A stretch of 53,464 nt of DNA, the filler included, from Basidioascus undulatus (lineage: Eukaryota), in assembly GCA_000826855.1 (NCBI GenBank). It is 3 parts of 3 records of this genome, joined end to end, with 100 filler letters (N's around TTAATTAATTAA, not from the genome) between each part and the next. Parts side by side here need not be neighbours in the genome. Positions count along the whole stretch, not along the records: positions 1 to 21,855 come from JTLS01000313.1; positions 21,956 to 36,880 come from JTLS01000682.1; 1 more part is not named here. One strand, 5' to 3'. The translations under genes were made by a program, and so were the position numbers. The notes under the pieces are model-generated. The model saw only the letters and a list, made by a program, of their open reading frames with translations. It searched no databases and was not told the DNA's origin. This document shows positions 14,320-25,909 of the stretch, one piece after another; the stretch's first letter is position 1, and each line of letters opens with the position of its first letter.

Positions 14320-15790
14320 AATCAGCGCCACGTTCCCGTAGCGCTACCATGGTTCGACTTCGACCGGCTCGAAAAGGCAAACTCACAGCCGACAGTGCTG
14401 TCTCTGCCGTCGCGGTGCAGCCAGCAGTACTGGCGCGACTCCGCTGATTCGGCAGCGACTCCGTTAGGCTGTTTCGCTAGCTTTTTTCTTGTCGGTCGTG
14501 ACGAGCGGTCAGTGCCCGGGCTGGAAGCAGTTTCACCGCGCCGTGCTGTTGCGCGATTACTCGGAATTCCTATTTCACGCTGGCGAGTTGCAGCCAGCGA
14601 TCCAGACTCACTGACAGTTCGGCGGTTAGCTCACACGTTACCGTTTGTTTTTTTCGGTGTGGTCGCGTCGCATTGTAGTCAGTGGTGTGGCACGTCTATT
14701 GCCTTGCTCATAAGGGTCATGAGGACTAGTCATAGCCCGGAAGTCACAGCGCTAACTGTGAGACACCGTAGGTATTTTCTACGGAGCCGGCTTGCGTTCG
14801 TTAGTGGACTCAACCGTACACCACAAGGCACGAACTGACGACAGCCATGCAACACCTGTGCTGGCAAATTCGAGCCGAAAATCGACGTCGAACTCGCCGC
14901 ATGCAAGAGCAAGTGAGATGATCTGAGGGTTATCAAATTAAATAACATGCTTCACTCCGTTTGCCAGCCCACGGTCTAATTTTTTGCGTTTCTGCCGAGA
15001 GGCTGTACTATGCAGGCGGTTCGCTAAATGCGCTAGCGTTGACAGTGATGCACGTTGCACCACTGCCGAGCGAACATCGTTTACGGCGTGGACTACTCGG
15101 GTATCTAATCCGTTTCGCTCCCCACGCTGTCGTCCCTGAGCGTCAATCGTTACCCAGCTCGGTGCTTTCGCTCTTGGTAGTCGTCTGAGTATCAATGGAT
15201 TTCAGCCCTACACTCAGCATGCTCCGAGCTCTGATTCGATTCGAGCCGACCCGGCCGCCAAATAGTTTGGTGGTGGTCAAGCAGCCTGCGGACGCTTTAC
15301 GCCTAGTCAAAGCGTTCTACACTGGCCCTACTGGTATTACCGCTGATGCTGGCACCAGATTTGTCAAGGACTGCTCCGAGGCGTTGTCTCGGCACGGGTT
15401 TAACCGTACGTGACTGCCTCGTCGTCGGGCGGAGTGAGCCCCGACCCGATTCCAGCTGGCTGGTTCACTCTTGCGAGCATTGACCAAGGTTACCGACTGC
15501 TGCATGCTGTGGAAGCATGACGGAGCTACGACGTCTCCGTTGTGGCCATGCGCTCTTTCAAGCCGGCTACGGATCATTGGCTCGGTGCGCCGTTACCACA
15601 CCGACTGCCTACTCCGACTGCGACGGTAGTGATTCGGGTACAACCCTTCGGTCGCTGATCTCCAGCGGAATCACGTTTCCTAATCGCAGCATTACTCACC
15701 TGTGGGCCACTAGGGCACTGGGCCCTCGTCGGACTAGCATGTCTAGCCGCTGGACAGTGTTAGAACTGGGCCAAAATTAAACCCGTGAGA
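14320..15790 (-). rRNA. rns: Mitochondrial small-subunit rRNA
   Basis: Minus strand: 5' GGTTTAATTTTGGCCCAG, 530-loop GTGCCAGCATCAGCGGTAA, ATTAGATACCC, GCATGGCTGTCGTCAG and the terminal helix GAAGTCGAACCATGGTAGCGCTACGGGAACGTGGCGCTG. Ends are approximate. Confidence 0.95.
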
Positions 15791-16566
15791 TATTACTAGG
15801 CTCAGCTGTGCTGAACTGTCTTGTGACTCGCTCACGATCAGTGGCTCAGTCTGTTCGGTTCCTTTAGCACACCCTTCCCCTTCTCTGCGAAGCCTACGCA
15901 TTAGTTCGAAGAATGCCTTCTTCTTCCGCTCTTAGGAGCAGAGCGCATCAAAATGCAGAGAGAGGGGGGGATAGGAGCGCTGCCTGAACGTCACACTACT
16001 TGGCTCACTCCTCATGACTCAGTCTGTTCGGTTCCTTTAGCGTGGCCACACAGCATCGCACAGCCTGTCAGACAGCACTCCTTCCCCTCCATTCCCCCGC
16101 ATTGCTTTGAGCGCATCACTTCTTCTTCCAGCTCCCCGGAGGGGAGCAGGGAAGAGAGATGCAGAAAAAGCGCATGCAGTCCGCAGGGCTTCTTCTCTGC
16201 TCTCTAACCCCCCTGCATCAGTTCTTCTTCTTGTGCTCTTCCTCTTATGCTCTTAAGAGCCGGAGGAGAGGAGCCGGAAGAGAGAATGCGGTGGGGGGTA
16301 AGGGGAGCCGGAAGAGGGAGAGGGGGATAACTGTACTGTGACATTGTCTAACGATGCCTTCGTGTCCCCTCTGCATTCGCATTTTGATGCAGATGCGCTC
16401 TCTCTTCCAGAGAAGAAGAAGGACTACGGACCCCCCCTGCATCTACTCTTACTAATAAGTAAGACTGATGCGGTGGGGGTAAGAGGCATTGCTTTTCTCT
16501 TCTGGCGAGGAGCCATGCATTTCTCTAACTTATTAGTCGGTACGGAGAGAAGATGCGGTAGGGGAG

Positions 16567-17253
16567 TTAGCTTGTCCAACAGCGCACGGTGAACGCACCC
16601 AGTTTGTGCTTCGCCGAGTGGCGACCGTCGGACTTGCCTGTGAGCGCCGAGTCTGCGCCAGTCCGAGCCTCTTTCGTTGTGACAGTGACTGACTGGTCCA
16701 CGAGGCTGAGTCCGGCAACACTGACTACCAGGTTCTGATAGAAGCCTTGGCCTTCGGTACGCGAATTTGGCTGTGCTGATGGCTGTGCTGCGGCTGTGCG
16801 TGCGGTCTCAGCGAGCTGTTGAGCAATCTGGTCAAACTTGTAGCTGGCAGAGTTGACCGCGCAGTACTGTGACAGGAGCGTGGCGTCCAGGTACGGATAG
16901 TGCAGTCGGACGAGTCGCAGCTCGACTGACTTGCCGTACGCCTTCGACAGTGTGCTAGCGGTTCGACTTAGCAGGTCCTGTGAGGCCTGGTCAAGCTGTG
17001 CATTTTGATGCGGAGCCGACGGCACGTAGTAAAATGCGTGCACAGTCAGCGTGGTGGCCGTTTCGCTGTAGGCTGTGAGTGTCGCGACGCTGAATAGTCC
17101 GTTGAGTGCCGTAGCGACAACGCTCTGGATCAGTGCCTGAGTGGATAGACCCTGGTCGTGACCGGCACCACGGATTGAACTGGCTCGGACGTCATACGAG
17201 AACGCACGTGCGGTCCATTGCGCAGCCAGGCCACGGAGTGTGAGACGAGTCAT
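16567..17253 (-). CDS. rps3: Mitochondrial ribosomal protein S3 (VAR1/Rps3 family)
   Basis: VELRLVRLHYPYLDATLLSQY and C-terminal KHKLGAFTVRCW are typical of fungal mitochondrial Rps3. ATG at 17253, though an upstream non-ATG start at 17289 is possible. Confidence 0.85.
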   Translation of the reverse strand: MTRLTLRGLAAQWTARAFSYDVRASSIRGAGHDQGLSTQALIQSVVATALNGLFSVATLTAYSETATTLTVHAFYYVPSAPHQNAQLDQASQDLLSRTASTLSKAYGKSVELRLVRLHYPYLDATLLSQYCAVNSASYKFDQIAQQLAETARTAAAQPSAQPNSRTEGQGFYQNLVVSVAGLSLVDQSVTVTTKEARTGADSALTGKSDGRHSAKHKLGAFTVRCWTS

Positions 17254-17964
17254 AGTGTGCGGTTGAGCCTGAGCTGTCAAGTGTGACACGGTCAGGCTGT
17301 ATCATGCGGGCTGGACTGTGCTGTAGTCAGAGTTGCGGTTTGCATCAGTATCGGCTGGCGTTTGGACCAGCGTTGCCTTTAGCACTCTCTTCCTTCCCCC
17401 CCTACGGCTGCATCTCTCTTCCGGCTCTGCTCTGCCGTACCGACTGCTCTGCCGTACCGACTGCTCTGCTCCTAAGAGCGGAGCGGAGCGGAGCGGAAGG
17501 AGCAGAGAAGAAGAAGAGCACTCCTTCGGACTCCTGCATTTTCACTCTCTTCTCTCCGTACCTCCCCTCTGCATTCTGATGCGTGGAGGGCAGACTAATA
17601 AGTTAGAGGCGAAGACCTTCCTCTACGAAGCAAAGCATCAAAATGCAGAGAGAGAGGGGAGATAAATGCAGAAGAAGGGTTGGCATCGTAAGACGATTTA
17701 TGGCAGTATAGGGAGCGCGGGCTGTCGGTTGAATACCCTACTTCTTCTGCATCTTCTCTCCGTACCGACTAATAAGTTAGAGTGATGCGTTGCTTTTCTC
17801 TTCGCTCCCCTTCTCTCTGCATCTCTAGAAGAGAGATGCAGAGAAGAGCGAATGCAGGGGGATAGGGGAAAAGAAGAAGAAGAGAGAGCCGTGTCTCACC
17901 ATGCGGAGCGTGTGGACCGTGTGGACCGGTGTGGACTGACGGCACTGACAGCGCTGGCAGACCG

Positions 17965-18037
17965 GCGTCTTTAGCTAAATGGTCAAAGCGTCCGACTTCG
18001 GTTCGGAAGACTGTGGGTTCGAATCCTTCAAGACGTT
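17965..18037 (+). tRNA. trnR: Mitochondrial tRNA-Arg(UCG)
   Basis: Anticodon arm TCCGA-CTTCGGT-TCGGA, T loop GTTCGAAT, acceptor GCGTCTT/AAGACGT. Confidence 0.88.
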
Positions 18038-18482
18038 TACAGCCGTGCTTAACCGTGCTGAACTGTAGGACCGAGTCGACGAGCGTGCGTGCTAAAGGAA
18101 TCGCTTAGGCTCTTCCCCCGCATCTCTCTGCATCTTCTCTTACTTATTAGGGTTAGAGTGATGCGCTCTGCTCTTCCTCTGCATTCTGATGCGGAGAGGA
18201 GAGGAGCCAAGAAGAAGAAGCGCTTCTTCTCCCCCTCTTCTCTCTAACCCCTGCATCAGTTCTTCTTCTTGTGCTCTTAGGAGCCGGAAGAGAGAATGCG
18301 GTGGGGGGTAAGACTAATAAGTTAGAGACATTAGTGGGGGGGGTGAAAAAGCTATGTAGGGCTTCTAAGAGCAGAGCGCATCACTTCTTCTTCTCTGCTC
18401 CTTCCGCTCCGCTCCGCTCTTAGGAGCAGAGCAGAGCAGAGCAGAGCCGGAAGAGAGATGCAGAGAGAGAGGACTCGACTGA

Positions 18483-18553
18483 GCCGGTGTAGTTTAATGG
18501 TAGAACAGCCGCCTTCCAAGCGGCTAGCAAGGGTTCGATTCCCTTCACCGGTA
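18483..18553 (+). tRNA. trnG: Mitochondrial tRNA-Gly(UCC)
   Basis: Anticodon arm GCCGC-CTTCCAA-GCGGC, T arm AAGGG-TTCGATT-CCCTT. Confidence 0.9.
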
Positions 18554-18667
18554 GGCTCAGTCGGTTCAGCTGGACTGGACTTGAGTGGACTGAGCTGGAC
18601 TGAACTGATGGTTCTCTAACTTATTAGTCTGCAAGAGGTACGAGGGGAAGTGATTGACGGTGTAGTA

Positions 18668-20230
18668 ATGCTCCTGTTTGGACTACTGACCATTATCGTA
18701 GCGATCGCTACACTTCCCACCAGCATGACTCCAAGCTTGACCACTCGGACAGTCAGCCTGGTGCTTCTGCTCGCTGCGGTACTGACGGCCGACAGTCTTG
18801 TCGTCTCTCAGCTCGGTAGCGGCGTTAGCATTTTCGGCGGCCTGTTCCAGGTAACGACCACATCGCAGTCGATTGAGCTGTTCATGCTCGTCACTGCAGC
18901 ACTTGTACTGACACCTTGGTACGGCTACCATCCAGACCGGATCAACGACAACAACGCAAATTTTGTGGGCAGTCGAACTGCACGGCCGGAATTGAGTGAG
19001 TACGCACTGGTTGCACTGTTCAGCATCGCAGGGAGTTCGTTCCTGGTGTCGGCTGCTGACCTAGTGAGCTTGTTCTTGGCACTTGAACTACAGTCGTTCG
19101 GTGTGTATGTACTGGCGACATTGTACCGTGACGTAGAATCGGCTACGGCTGCCGGCCTGAAATACTTTTTCTTGGGTGCGCTGTCATCGGCACTGATCCT
19201 ACTGGGAGCAGCTACGATTTACAGCTACGCCGGTGTGACCAGCATCGAAGCGATTACGACGTTGGCAACAGTACCCACAGGGTCACTGACTGACTCGTAC
19301 TCGATCGGACTGACGTTCGGATTGCTGCTGGTTCTGACCGGTCTGTTGTTCAAAATCGCTGCGGCACCGTTCCACAGCTGGGCGCCTGACGTGTACGATG
19401 GTGTGCCTACTGTGGTGACCACGTGGCTATCGATCCTGCCGAAGATCAGTATCGTAGTCGTACTGCTGAACTTGCAGTCGATCGGCTCTGCACTGGTTCT
19501 CACCGGTCAGTCGTTCAGTGTCACGCCATGGAACCAACTGCTGCTGATGGCTGCACTACTGTCACTGATCATTGGTAGTCTCGTTGGCCTGGCTCAACCA
19601 CGTCTGAAACGACTACTGGCCTACAGTACGATCAGCCACGTCGGTTTCATGCTGCTGGCTCTGGCCTCTGACAGTAGCGAAGCGGTCGAAGCCGTACTAT
19701 TTTACTTGGTTCAGTATTCGCTCACCAGCGTCGCAGTATTTTTCATTGTACTGGCGTTCGGCTACTACTTGAACAATAGTGTCGGCGAATGGAACAGCTG
19801 GGACATCGAGTACTGGGCTCTACTTGGCGGTCAAGGCCGTTACCTGCCTGCTCTCGGACTCAGCTTCGCACTGTGCCTGTTCAGCATGGCTGGTGTGCCA
19901 CCGCTGCTTGGATTCTTCGGTAAGCAGTACGTACTGCTAGCAGCGCTCCATTCCGGCTACTACTTCGCTTGTCTCGTCGGCATCCTGACCAGCGTCGTGA
20001 GCGCCGCGTACTACTTGCGAGTTGTCCAACAGCTATTTTTCGACACGGTAACGTACACCGTCGACTCAAATGAGATCAACCTGGAAGAGGCTAACCCTAC
20101 GGTGCAGTTGAATCCGGTTCACTCGTTCGTGATCGCTATGTCAACGCTACTGCTGGTCGTGTTCGTGCTGAAGCCAGCGCTTGTACTGAATAGCATGCAT
20201 CTGCTAGCGCTTAGCGTAGCTACAGTATAA
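18668..20230 (+). CDS. nad2: NADH dehydrogenase subunit 2
   Basis: Contains [50 protein letters not shown] and [14 protein letters not shown]. The first ATG is at 18668. Confidence 0.96.
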   Translation: MLLFGLLTIIVAIATLPTSMTPSLTTRTVSLVLLLAAVLTADSLVVSQLGSGVSIFGGLFQVTTTSQSIELFMLVTAALVLTPWYGYHPDRINDNNANFVGSRTARPELSEYALVALFSIAGSSFLVSAADLVSLFLALELQSFGVYVLATLYRDVESATAAGLKYFFLGALSSALILLGAATIYSYAGVTSIEAITTLATVPTGSLTDSYSIGLTFGLLLVLTGLLFKIAAAPFHSWAPDVYDGVPTVVTTWLSILPKISIVVVLLNLQSIGSALVLTGQSFSVTPWNQLLLMAALLSLIIGSLVGLAQPRLKRLLAYSTISHVGFMLLALASDSSEAVEAVLFYLVQYSLTSVAVFFIVLAFGYYLNNSVGEWNSWDIEYWALLGGQGRYLPALGLSFALCLFSMAGVPPLLGFFGKQYVLLAALHSGYYFACLVGILTSVVSAAYYLRVVQQLFFDTVTYTVDSNEINLEEANPTVQLNPVHSFVIAMSTLLLVVFVLKPALVLNSMHLLALSVATV

Positions 20231-20631
20231 TGCCTGGCATGACGCTCATTTTCCTGATCGTTCCGGTACTCGTCGCCGTTCTGCTCGGTCTGAACTTGCT
20301 GCTGGCTGTCCACCGGCCTGACAGCGAAAAAGTAACACCGTACGAGTGCGGCTTCAGTCCAATCCATGGACAGACTCGGGCGCCGTTCTCGATCCAGTAC
20401 TATCTCGTCGGTATTTTGTTCCTGGTGTTTGACTTGGAAATCCTACTTTTCTACCCTTTGGTGGCTACCTTGTACGAAGTCTCACAGTACGGTTTCTGGA
20501 CTGCCATGATTTTCTTTGGCGTGCTTACAGTCGGCTTCGTGTACGAAATCTCACGCGGCGTGCTGCACTTCACTGACCAACGTTCGTCACTGACCAGCAG
20601 CAACCTGTACCCTGGGCCCTCTTCCTTCTAG
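20230..20631 (+). CDS. nad3: NADH dehydrogenase subunit 3
   Basis: Contains [10 protein letters not shown] and LFLVFDLEI. Its ATG overlaps the nad2 stop (TAATG). Confidence 0.96.
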   Translation: MPGMTLIFLIVPVLVAVLLGLNLLLAVHRPDSEKVTPYECGFSPIHGQTRAPFSIQYYLVGILFLVFDLEILLFYPLVATLYEVSQYGFWTAMIFFGVLTVGFVYEISRGVLHFTDQRSSLTSSNLYPGPSSF

Positions 20632-21585
20632 TCTTTTTTTACTCTCTCCCAATGCATTTTGATGCGCTGCATCTTCTCTCCCCGCTCTAACCCCCCCGCA
20701 TCAGTCTTACTTATTAGTTAGAGTAGAATGCAGGGGTCCGTCCTTCTTCTTCTCCGCATCACTCTTTTTTATTTTTTTTGTTATAAAAAAATCATAAACA
20801 AAAAAAATAAAAAAGTCATGCAGAAGAGGGAGAGAGCGGTCTGCGCATCACTTCTTCTTCTTGTGCTCCGCTCTTAGGAGCAGAGCCGGAAGAGAGATGC
20901 AGAGGTACGGCAGAGAAGATAGATGCGGGGGAAGTGCGTACAAGTCTAACTAATCCACTGACTCCCCTTGCTGCATCAGTCTAATCGTCTCCTCCTCTTA
21001 GTTCGCAGTTCGCAGCCGCTCTTACTTATTAGGGTTTAGAGAGGAAGATACCTGTCAGTCCACACCAGTACGACTTTGCAGTCAACCAGGTCTGAAGCCG
21101 CTAATTCTAGCAAACGTCACACGATACCTGAATCCTAGTAAACGTCACACGATACCTGAATTTAAGGTACAGCCGCCTCGGCTGGATTAGTCAGTTCAGC
21201 ACAGCAGTCCTGTCCCTTTGCTCTCTCCCCCCCCCCCTAATGGGAGGGCATCACTCTAACTTATTAGTCTGCCCTCTGCATCTTCGAAGTGATGCGAAGA
21301 GGAGAGGTACGGAGAGAAGATGCAGCGCATCACCGCTCTAACTTATTAGGGTAAGAGCAGAAGATGCAGAGAGGGGCGGCATTATCCTTTTCCCTGCATC
21401 TTCTCTCCGTACCGACTAATAAGTTAGAGTGATGCTTCTGCATTTTGATGCGGGAAGGGGGGGCGTAGGAGAGCGGAGGAAGGGGAGTGGTATAGCGAGT
21501 TCGTCAGTCACCTGGTTGGGACTCACTAGACTGTCCAGGCATAAGGGATCAGCCTGTAACAAGGCGTCTTGCGTGAGGCTGCTAG

Positions 21586-21855
21586 CTATGAACCCCACCA
21601 GTAGATCGACACGTACAGCAGTAGCCATACGACGTCGACGAAGTGCCAGTACAGGATCGCTGATTCGTAACCGATGTGGTGGTGGTCGGTTAGGTGGTAT
21701 TGGATGATACGGGCGAAGCCTACAGCAATGAAGGCTGTACCAATAATAACGTGAATTCCATGGAATCCAGTGGCGAAGAAGAATGTCGAACCGTAGACAC
21801 TGTCAGACATAGTAAAGTTAGCATCGTAGTACTCGACGCCCTGGAGCGCTGTGAA
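21586..21855 (-). CDS. cox3: Cytochrome c oxidase subunit 3, 3' part (truncated by the contig end)
   Basis: Contains [20 protein letters not shown] and YWHFVDVVW, and ends IYWWGS-TAG. Confidence 0.96.
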   Translation of the reverse strand, partial: FTALQGVEYYDANFTMSDSVYGSTFFFATGFHGIHVIIGTAFIAVGFARIIQYHLTDHHHIGYESAILYWHFVDVVWLLLYVSIYWWGS

Positions 21856-21955
21856 NNNNNNNNNNNNNNNNNNNNNNNNNNNNNNNNNNNNNNNNNNNNT
21901 TAATTAATTAANNNNNNNNNNNNNNNNNNNNNNNNNNNNNNNNNNNNNNNNNNNN
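21856..21955. other. Artificial contig linker N44-TTAATTAATTAA-N44
   Basis: N runs flank a palindromic spacer with stops in all six frames. The sequence changes from mitochondrial to nuclear across it. Confidence 0.97.
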
Positions 21956-22722
21956 AGGGAGGAGGAGGGAGGTGGAGGAAAGGGAAGTGAGAGGGGAAAG
22001 GGGGAGGTACCTTCGCGACTAGGTGTGTGAGACGCGTTTGGGGGGTGGCAGGTGGCAGGCGGAAGAAGACTTGGTAGAGTTGTGCGAGGGAGTTGAGCGT
22101 TACGAAGAGGTTGGAGTGTCGAGGCGCTCCGAGTTCTGTCGACCAGAGCGGGTGTGCGTTCAGCGTCTTCTCTTAGTAGTTATAAGCAGTGGAAACTTAC
22201 CGAAGCGAACGCCCAAGCGCCTATTAGTATGTTTCCCAAAGCATGAATCAGGACACAATCGAGCCGCGCCCTCCGCTCGTCCGGGCCCACGCGCGTGCGG
22301 AAGAGCCTCGAGAGCCAGTACAGCTGCAGGAGCTGTTGTGGCCTGAAGAAGGCGGGGATGAACCATGCGTAGGGGGACAAGACTGTCCAACATCTTTGTC
22401 TTCAGTAAGAACAGAAGACTGTAAGCAAGGAGAGGGCATACAGGAGAAGTACTTGTTGTGCACATCCAGCATGTTCGGCTTCGAGCGGAAGCCGTACTGC
22501 TGGGCGACTGCGCAAGCGTGTCAGTGCCACGGGGATGCAGGGGATTAGGAATGGGGGGAAGAGTGGGGTAGGAGGACACACCGAAATTAAACGCCCACGA
22601 CGCAGCCAGCCACTCGGCAGTGCTAACAAGCTCACGCCCATGCTGCTCGGTCTTTCGTCTTCGGTCTGGAGAGGGGGAGGAGTGTTGGCGGTGGTGGGGA
22701 GCAAAGGCTTGGTTGGAGACAT
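21956..22722 (-). CDS. Spliced nuclear gene, uncharacterised fungal membrane protein (3' end cut by the contig end; a frameshift near the start is possible)
   Basis: GT-AG exons join to give ...WLAASWAFNF|VAQQYGFRSKPNMLDVHNKYFS|FLSPYAWFIPAFFRPQQLLQLYWL...ALGNILIGAWAF|...SNLFVTLNSLAQLY...LTHLVAK, with hydrophobic segments. The family was not identified. Confidence 0.45.
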
Positions 22723-23611
22723 TGGGAGTTGGGAGATTAGGTGGGGGTTGGAGGTTTATATGCGGTGGGAAGGGGAAGGGGTGAGGAGAGCGAGGAGGGT
22801 GAACGAGAAATGACGCTGCGCTCGCATGGCATGGCGATCGCAACGATCCTGCCTGGCACTGTGTGCAATGGATGCTGCACTGCACGTGATGCCGGCTGAG
22901 CACCTCACAACTTTCTTCAGACAAAAAGAAAAGCCCTACAAGTGTTAACAGTACGTGAAAGGAGAAGACGACGCGTTCTGGCCGTACAGGCAAGTTGCGA
23001 GCTGCGTGCACTGCAACCGCTGAGCACCGAGCATGATACCCGCCGCCCCACACGAAACGTGGTGTACAACAGGTCAGGCCGTGGCAGACTGGCACATCGC
23101 AAGTCCGAAAGAAAGGACAGCCTGCAAGACGGCGACCTCGATTATTCGCCCACTACTGGAGACGAAGATCGTGTAGACTTCCTCCTTGGCCTTCCTTCTT
23201 GACCTTGAGCCCAGCCTAAATTATTGACGATGGACGAGGCAAGAGCACGTGCGAATCCTCTCCAAGTCCACTGCTACGCAGAGACAAGGTTGGGAACCCC
23301 ACGCCCAACTTGATCGCACAGACTTTGCATTTTGTAGTTGCAAGTGAACTCAAACGCAAAATGCGGGTTTTCAAATCATTGTTTGTTCGGAAAGGAGAGA
23401 GGGTAGGACCAAGATGGAGAGAGTGTGTTCTGCTGCTGTGCGGCGGAGACGGAAGATGCAAGAAAGTGATGGTACAGATGCGATGTGGTACGAATCCAGT
23501 GAGACGATTAAGGTGTGCGCGGGGGTGCGAGTGACAGACGAATGAAGATGCAGAGAATGCAAGTATGTCGTGACGGGTCGTAACAAAGAAGGGAAAGGAA
23601 AGGGGAATCTG

Positions 23612-24472
23612 CTACTGCGTCTTCTTCTCCCTCCCAACCTCCTCATATTCCCAGCCGTCGCCTTCGCTCCGGCCCCATACCATCTCCGCCACAGCCTTCA
23701 TCATGCGCGTGCTGCGTCGGCGCCCGCGCCGCTCGTCCGTGAGCGCGAGGCCCTTGCTGACGCTCCCCGGACTCTGGAGCGACAACTGGAAGAGGAGGCA
23801 CGTGATGAGGAGCGCGTCGAGGTCGGCGATATGCGACGCGAGGAGGGTGAACGCTGCGGGAGGTGTGGGCGTGGGGGTGAAGGAGGAGGATAAGGGGGAG
23901 TGGGAGAGGTGGAAGGCGGCTGCGAGGCGCGGGGAGGGGGAGAGCGTGTGGCAGTACAGCGTGGAGGAAGATACGGTCCATTGGTAGGATGTTCCGGAGG
24001 GACCGGTGAAGACTGAGGGACTATCGTACAATCGGATCAGCATGGCGGTTTTCGAGGGAAGGAAGGGAGAGAAGGAGACATCGGCAACTTACCGCTTATC
24101 CCTCACATCCGCATCCGGGTCCCATTTCCCATACGCCCCGAAGCCCTCCTCCTCGCTGCTGCTGCTGTCCAGCTCGTCCTCGTCCAGACCCTTCCAACCG
24201 ACCTCCCGCCTCCTCAAGACGTCCTCGAGCTTAACCGTGCCCGCCTCAGTGCGGAGCCAGCCCTCGCTCATGCGCCCGCGCCACTCGACAATCGCGACTG
24301 TCTCAGCGGCGCGGCGGGGTCCAAGGCAGCGCGAGATGGTCGTGCGGTTCGTGAGACCACGGGTGGTGCGCATCGTGAACGTCGGGGGTTCGCCCGCGTA
24401 CGCGGAGAAGGAGGTGAGGGACGTGTTGAGGAGCGAGGCGGAGGAGAGCGAGAACGCGAGGGTGCGGGGCAT
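23612..24472 (-). CDS. Two-exon nuclear hypothetical protein, DUF6593-like
   Basis: ORFs 24089-24472 and 23612-24043 are joined by a GTAAGT...CTGAT...TAG intron (~24092-24021). FSLSSASLLNT and FTGPSGTSYQW resemble basidiomycete DUF6593 proteins (family assignment from memory). Confidence 0.6.
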
Positions 24473-25836
24473 GATTGGCGGTTCTGGGGGTGGTGATTAC
24501 GGTGTGGATGGAGCGGTGGTTGATTAGGATCAAGAGGTGAAAAAGAGGAGGAGAGTGGGCGACAAGCGAGTCTTCCGAAGATCCAGGGGGGCCGTGCAGT
24601 CCTCTGGGTTCGTGAGATCAAATCCCAGCGGCTCGTGTCCGAAGGAGTCCAACACAAATATCGTTAACCGTTCCTTAGACCTGCTCTTAGGTATGTGCGT
24701 GGTGAAACGGAGAGAGCGCCCAAGAGACATTTCATCGCCTGAGCGGGAGCGGAAGGGCGACTGCGGTCTTCTGATACCGCAATCTGCGCTCGGCAGAAGA
24801 CGTCATGTTCGACATTTCGAATCTTGATCCCCGAGACGCTGGCTGGGCGTTGCGGCTCCTTTCTTTCGTTTGCACATCTTCACTTCATCAAGTGTGTTCC
24901 AATCCCTGTCTGTACAGGACGAAACTGCGAAGAAGAAAGCACAGATCGAGCCCGCGAGGCAGGACGAGGCGCTGGCAGTAATTGCAGTCCGGCAATTTCC
25001 GAGCTGACTGCGCTTAAGGCCATGCCCTGGCTTGTGCTATGGTGCAGCACGGGCTCTTCGACCAGCGGGACGGTGCGCTGATTACCGCTTCCTCACCATC
25101 TCTTCATCTCCTGGACGGAAGAACGTGAGGACGAACAGGGTATGCTGGCAAAAATTCGAGGGAGGGCAGCGTGGGGAAGACTAGTTGCACTGCGGTTTGG
25201 AGCGACGCAGCGCGCTAGCTGCCAATATTTCAGACTGTCAAAAATCAAGTGGATACGTGGGATACAGGATGCGCTGCGGTGGCTACATTATTCAGATCGG
25301 AAAGACATCATGGCTACCGCCTCCGCGTCAAGCACGGCTTTCTGCCCATCACCTTTCGTTGTGGCGTACGAGCCAATCGTGGGTCAGGTGTATTCCAAAT
25401 GCGCCATCTCCTCAGGCGGAATTTAGGTGAGAATGATGGAAAGGGGGACTGAGCTCCTCTAGACGCTACCAGACGGAGAAGGCGCTCGGACGGTGGTCAG
25501 ATGACCTTCGCGGGAGGAGGGAGAGCAGGGGGAGAAGACGCAACGTAAAGGTGTGCCTTGGGAGAGCACTATGGAAAGGGCTGTTGAGAGGCGCACAACC
25601 TCGGAATCCGATATGATCAGTTCACCTGATCTGCCTGAGCGTAAGGCAAGAAGAAGGGGAATCTGACCGGCACCTCGGAGATGGAAGGAGGTCGAGGCGA
25701 CCGTGACTGCACGTCCCCATCCACCGCTTCAGGAGACAGCAGAAAGTTCATCCAGCAGTCAGTGGTGAGTTTTGTAGGAGAGAGCTGATCCTCGCAAAAG
25801 AGAAGCGGTGCCGAACGAAGCACGGCAAAAGGTGAA

Positions 25837-25909
25837 AGCCCCACGCAGGGGTCGAACCCGCAGCCTTGAGATTAAGAGTCTCACGCTCTACCGATTGAGC
25901 TAGCGAGGC
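25837..25909 (-). tRNA. Nuclear tRNA-Lys(CUU)
   Basis: GCCTCGCTAGCTCAATCGGTAGAGCG-TGAGA-CTCTTAA-TCTCA...GGTTCGACCC, followed by a T-rich Pol III terminator-like run. Confidence 0.95.

Noticed and set aside
14395..15780. ORFs overlapping rns
   Set aside because: The region is rRNA by conserved motifs, so the ORFs are incidental.
20226..20232. nad2/nad3 TAATG overlap as a novelty
   Set aside because: Tight nad2-nad3 coupling is common in fungal mitogenomes.
20930..21090. Possible mitochondrial RNase P RNA (TGCAAAGTC ... GACTTGTA on the minus strand)
   Set aside because: It has only a partial CR-I resemblance and no ACAnAAnnnGCTTA-type CR-V, so it cannot be supported without a covariance search.
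21856..21955. TTAATTAATTAA palindrome within N runs as a biological site
   Set aside because: It is identical at both gaps and has stops in all six frames, so it is an assembly linker. Gene adjacency across it is meaningless.
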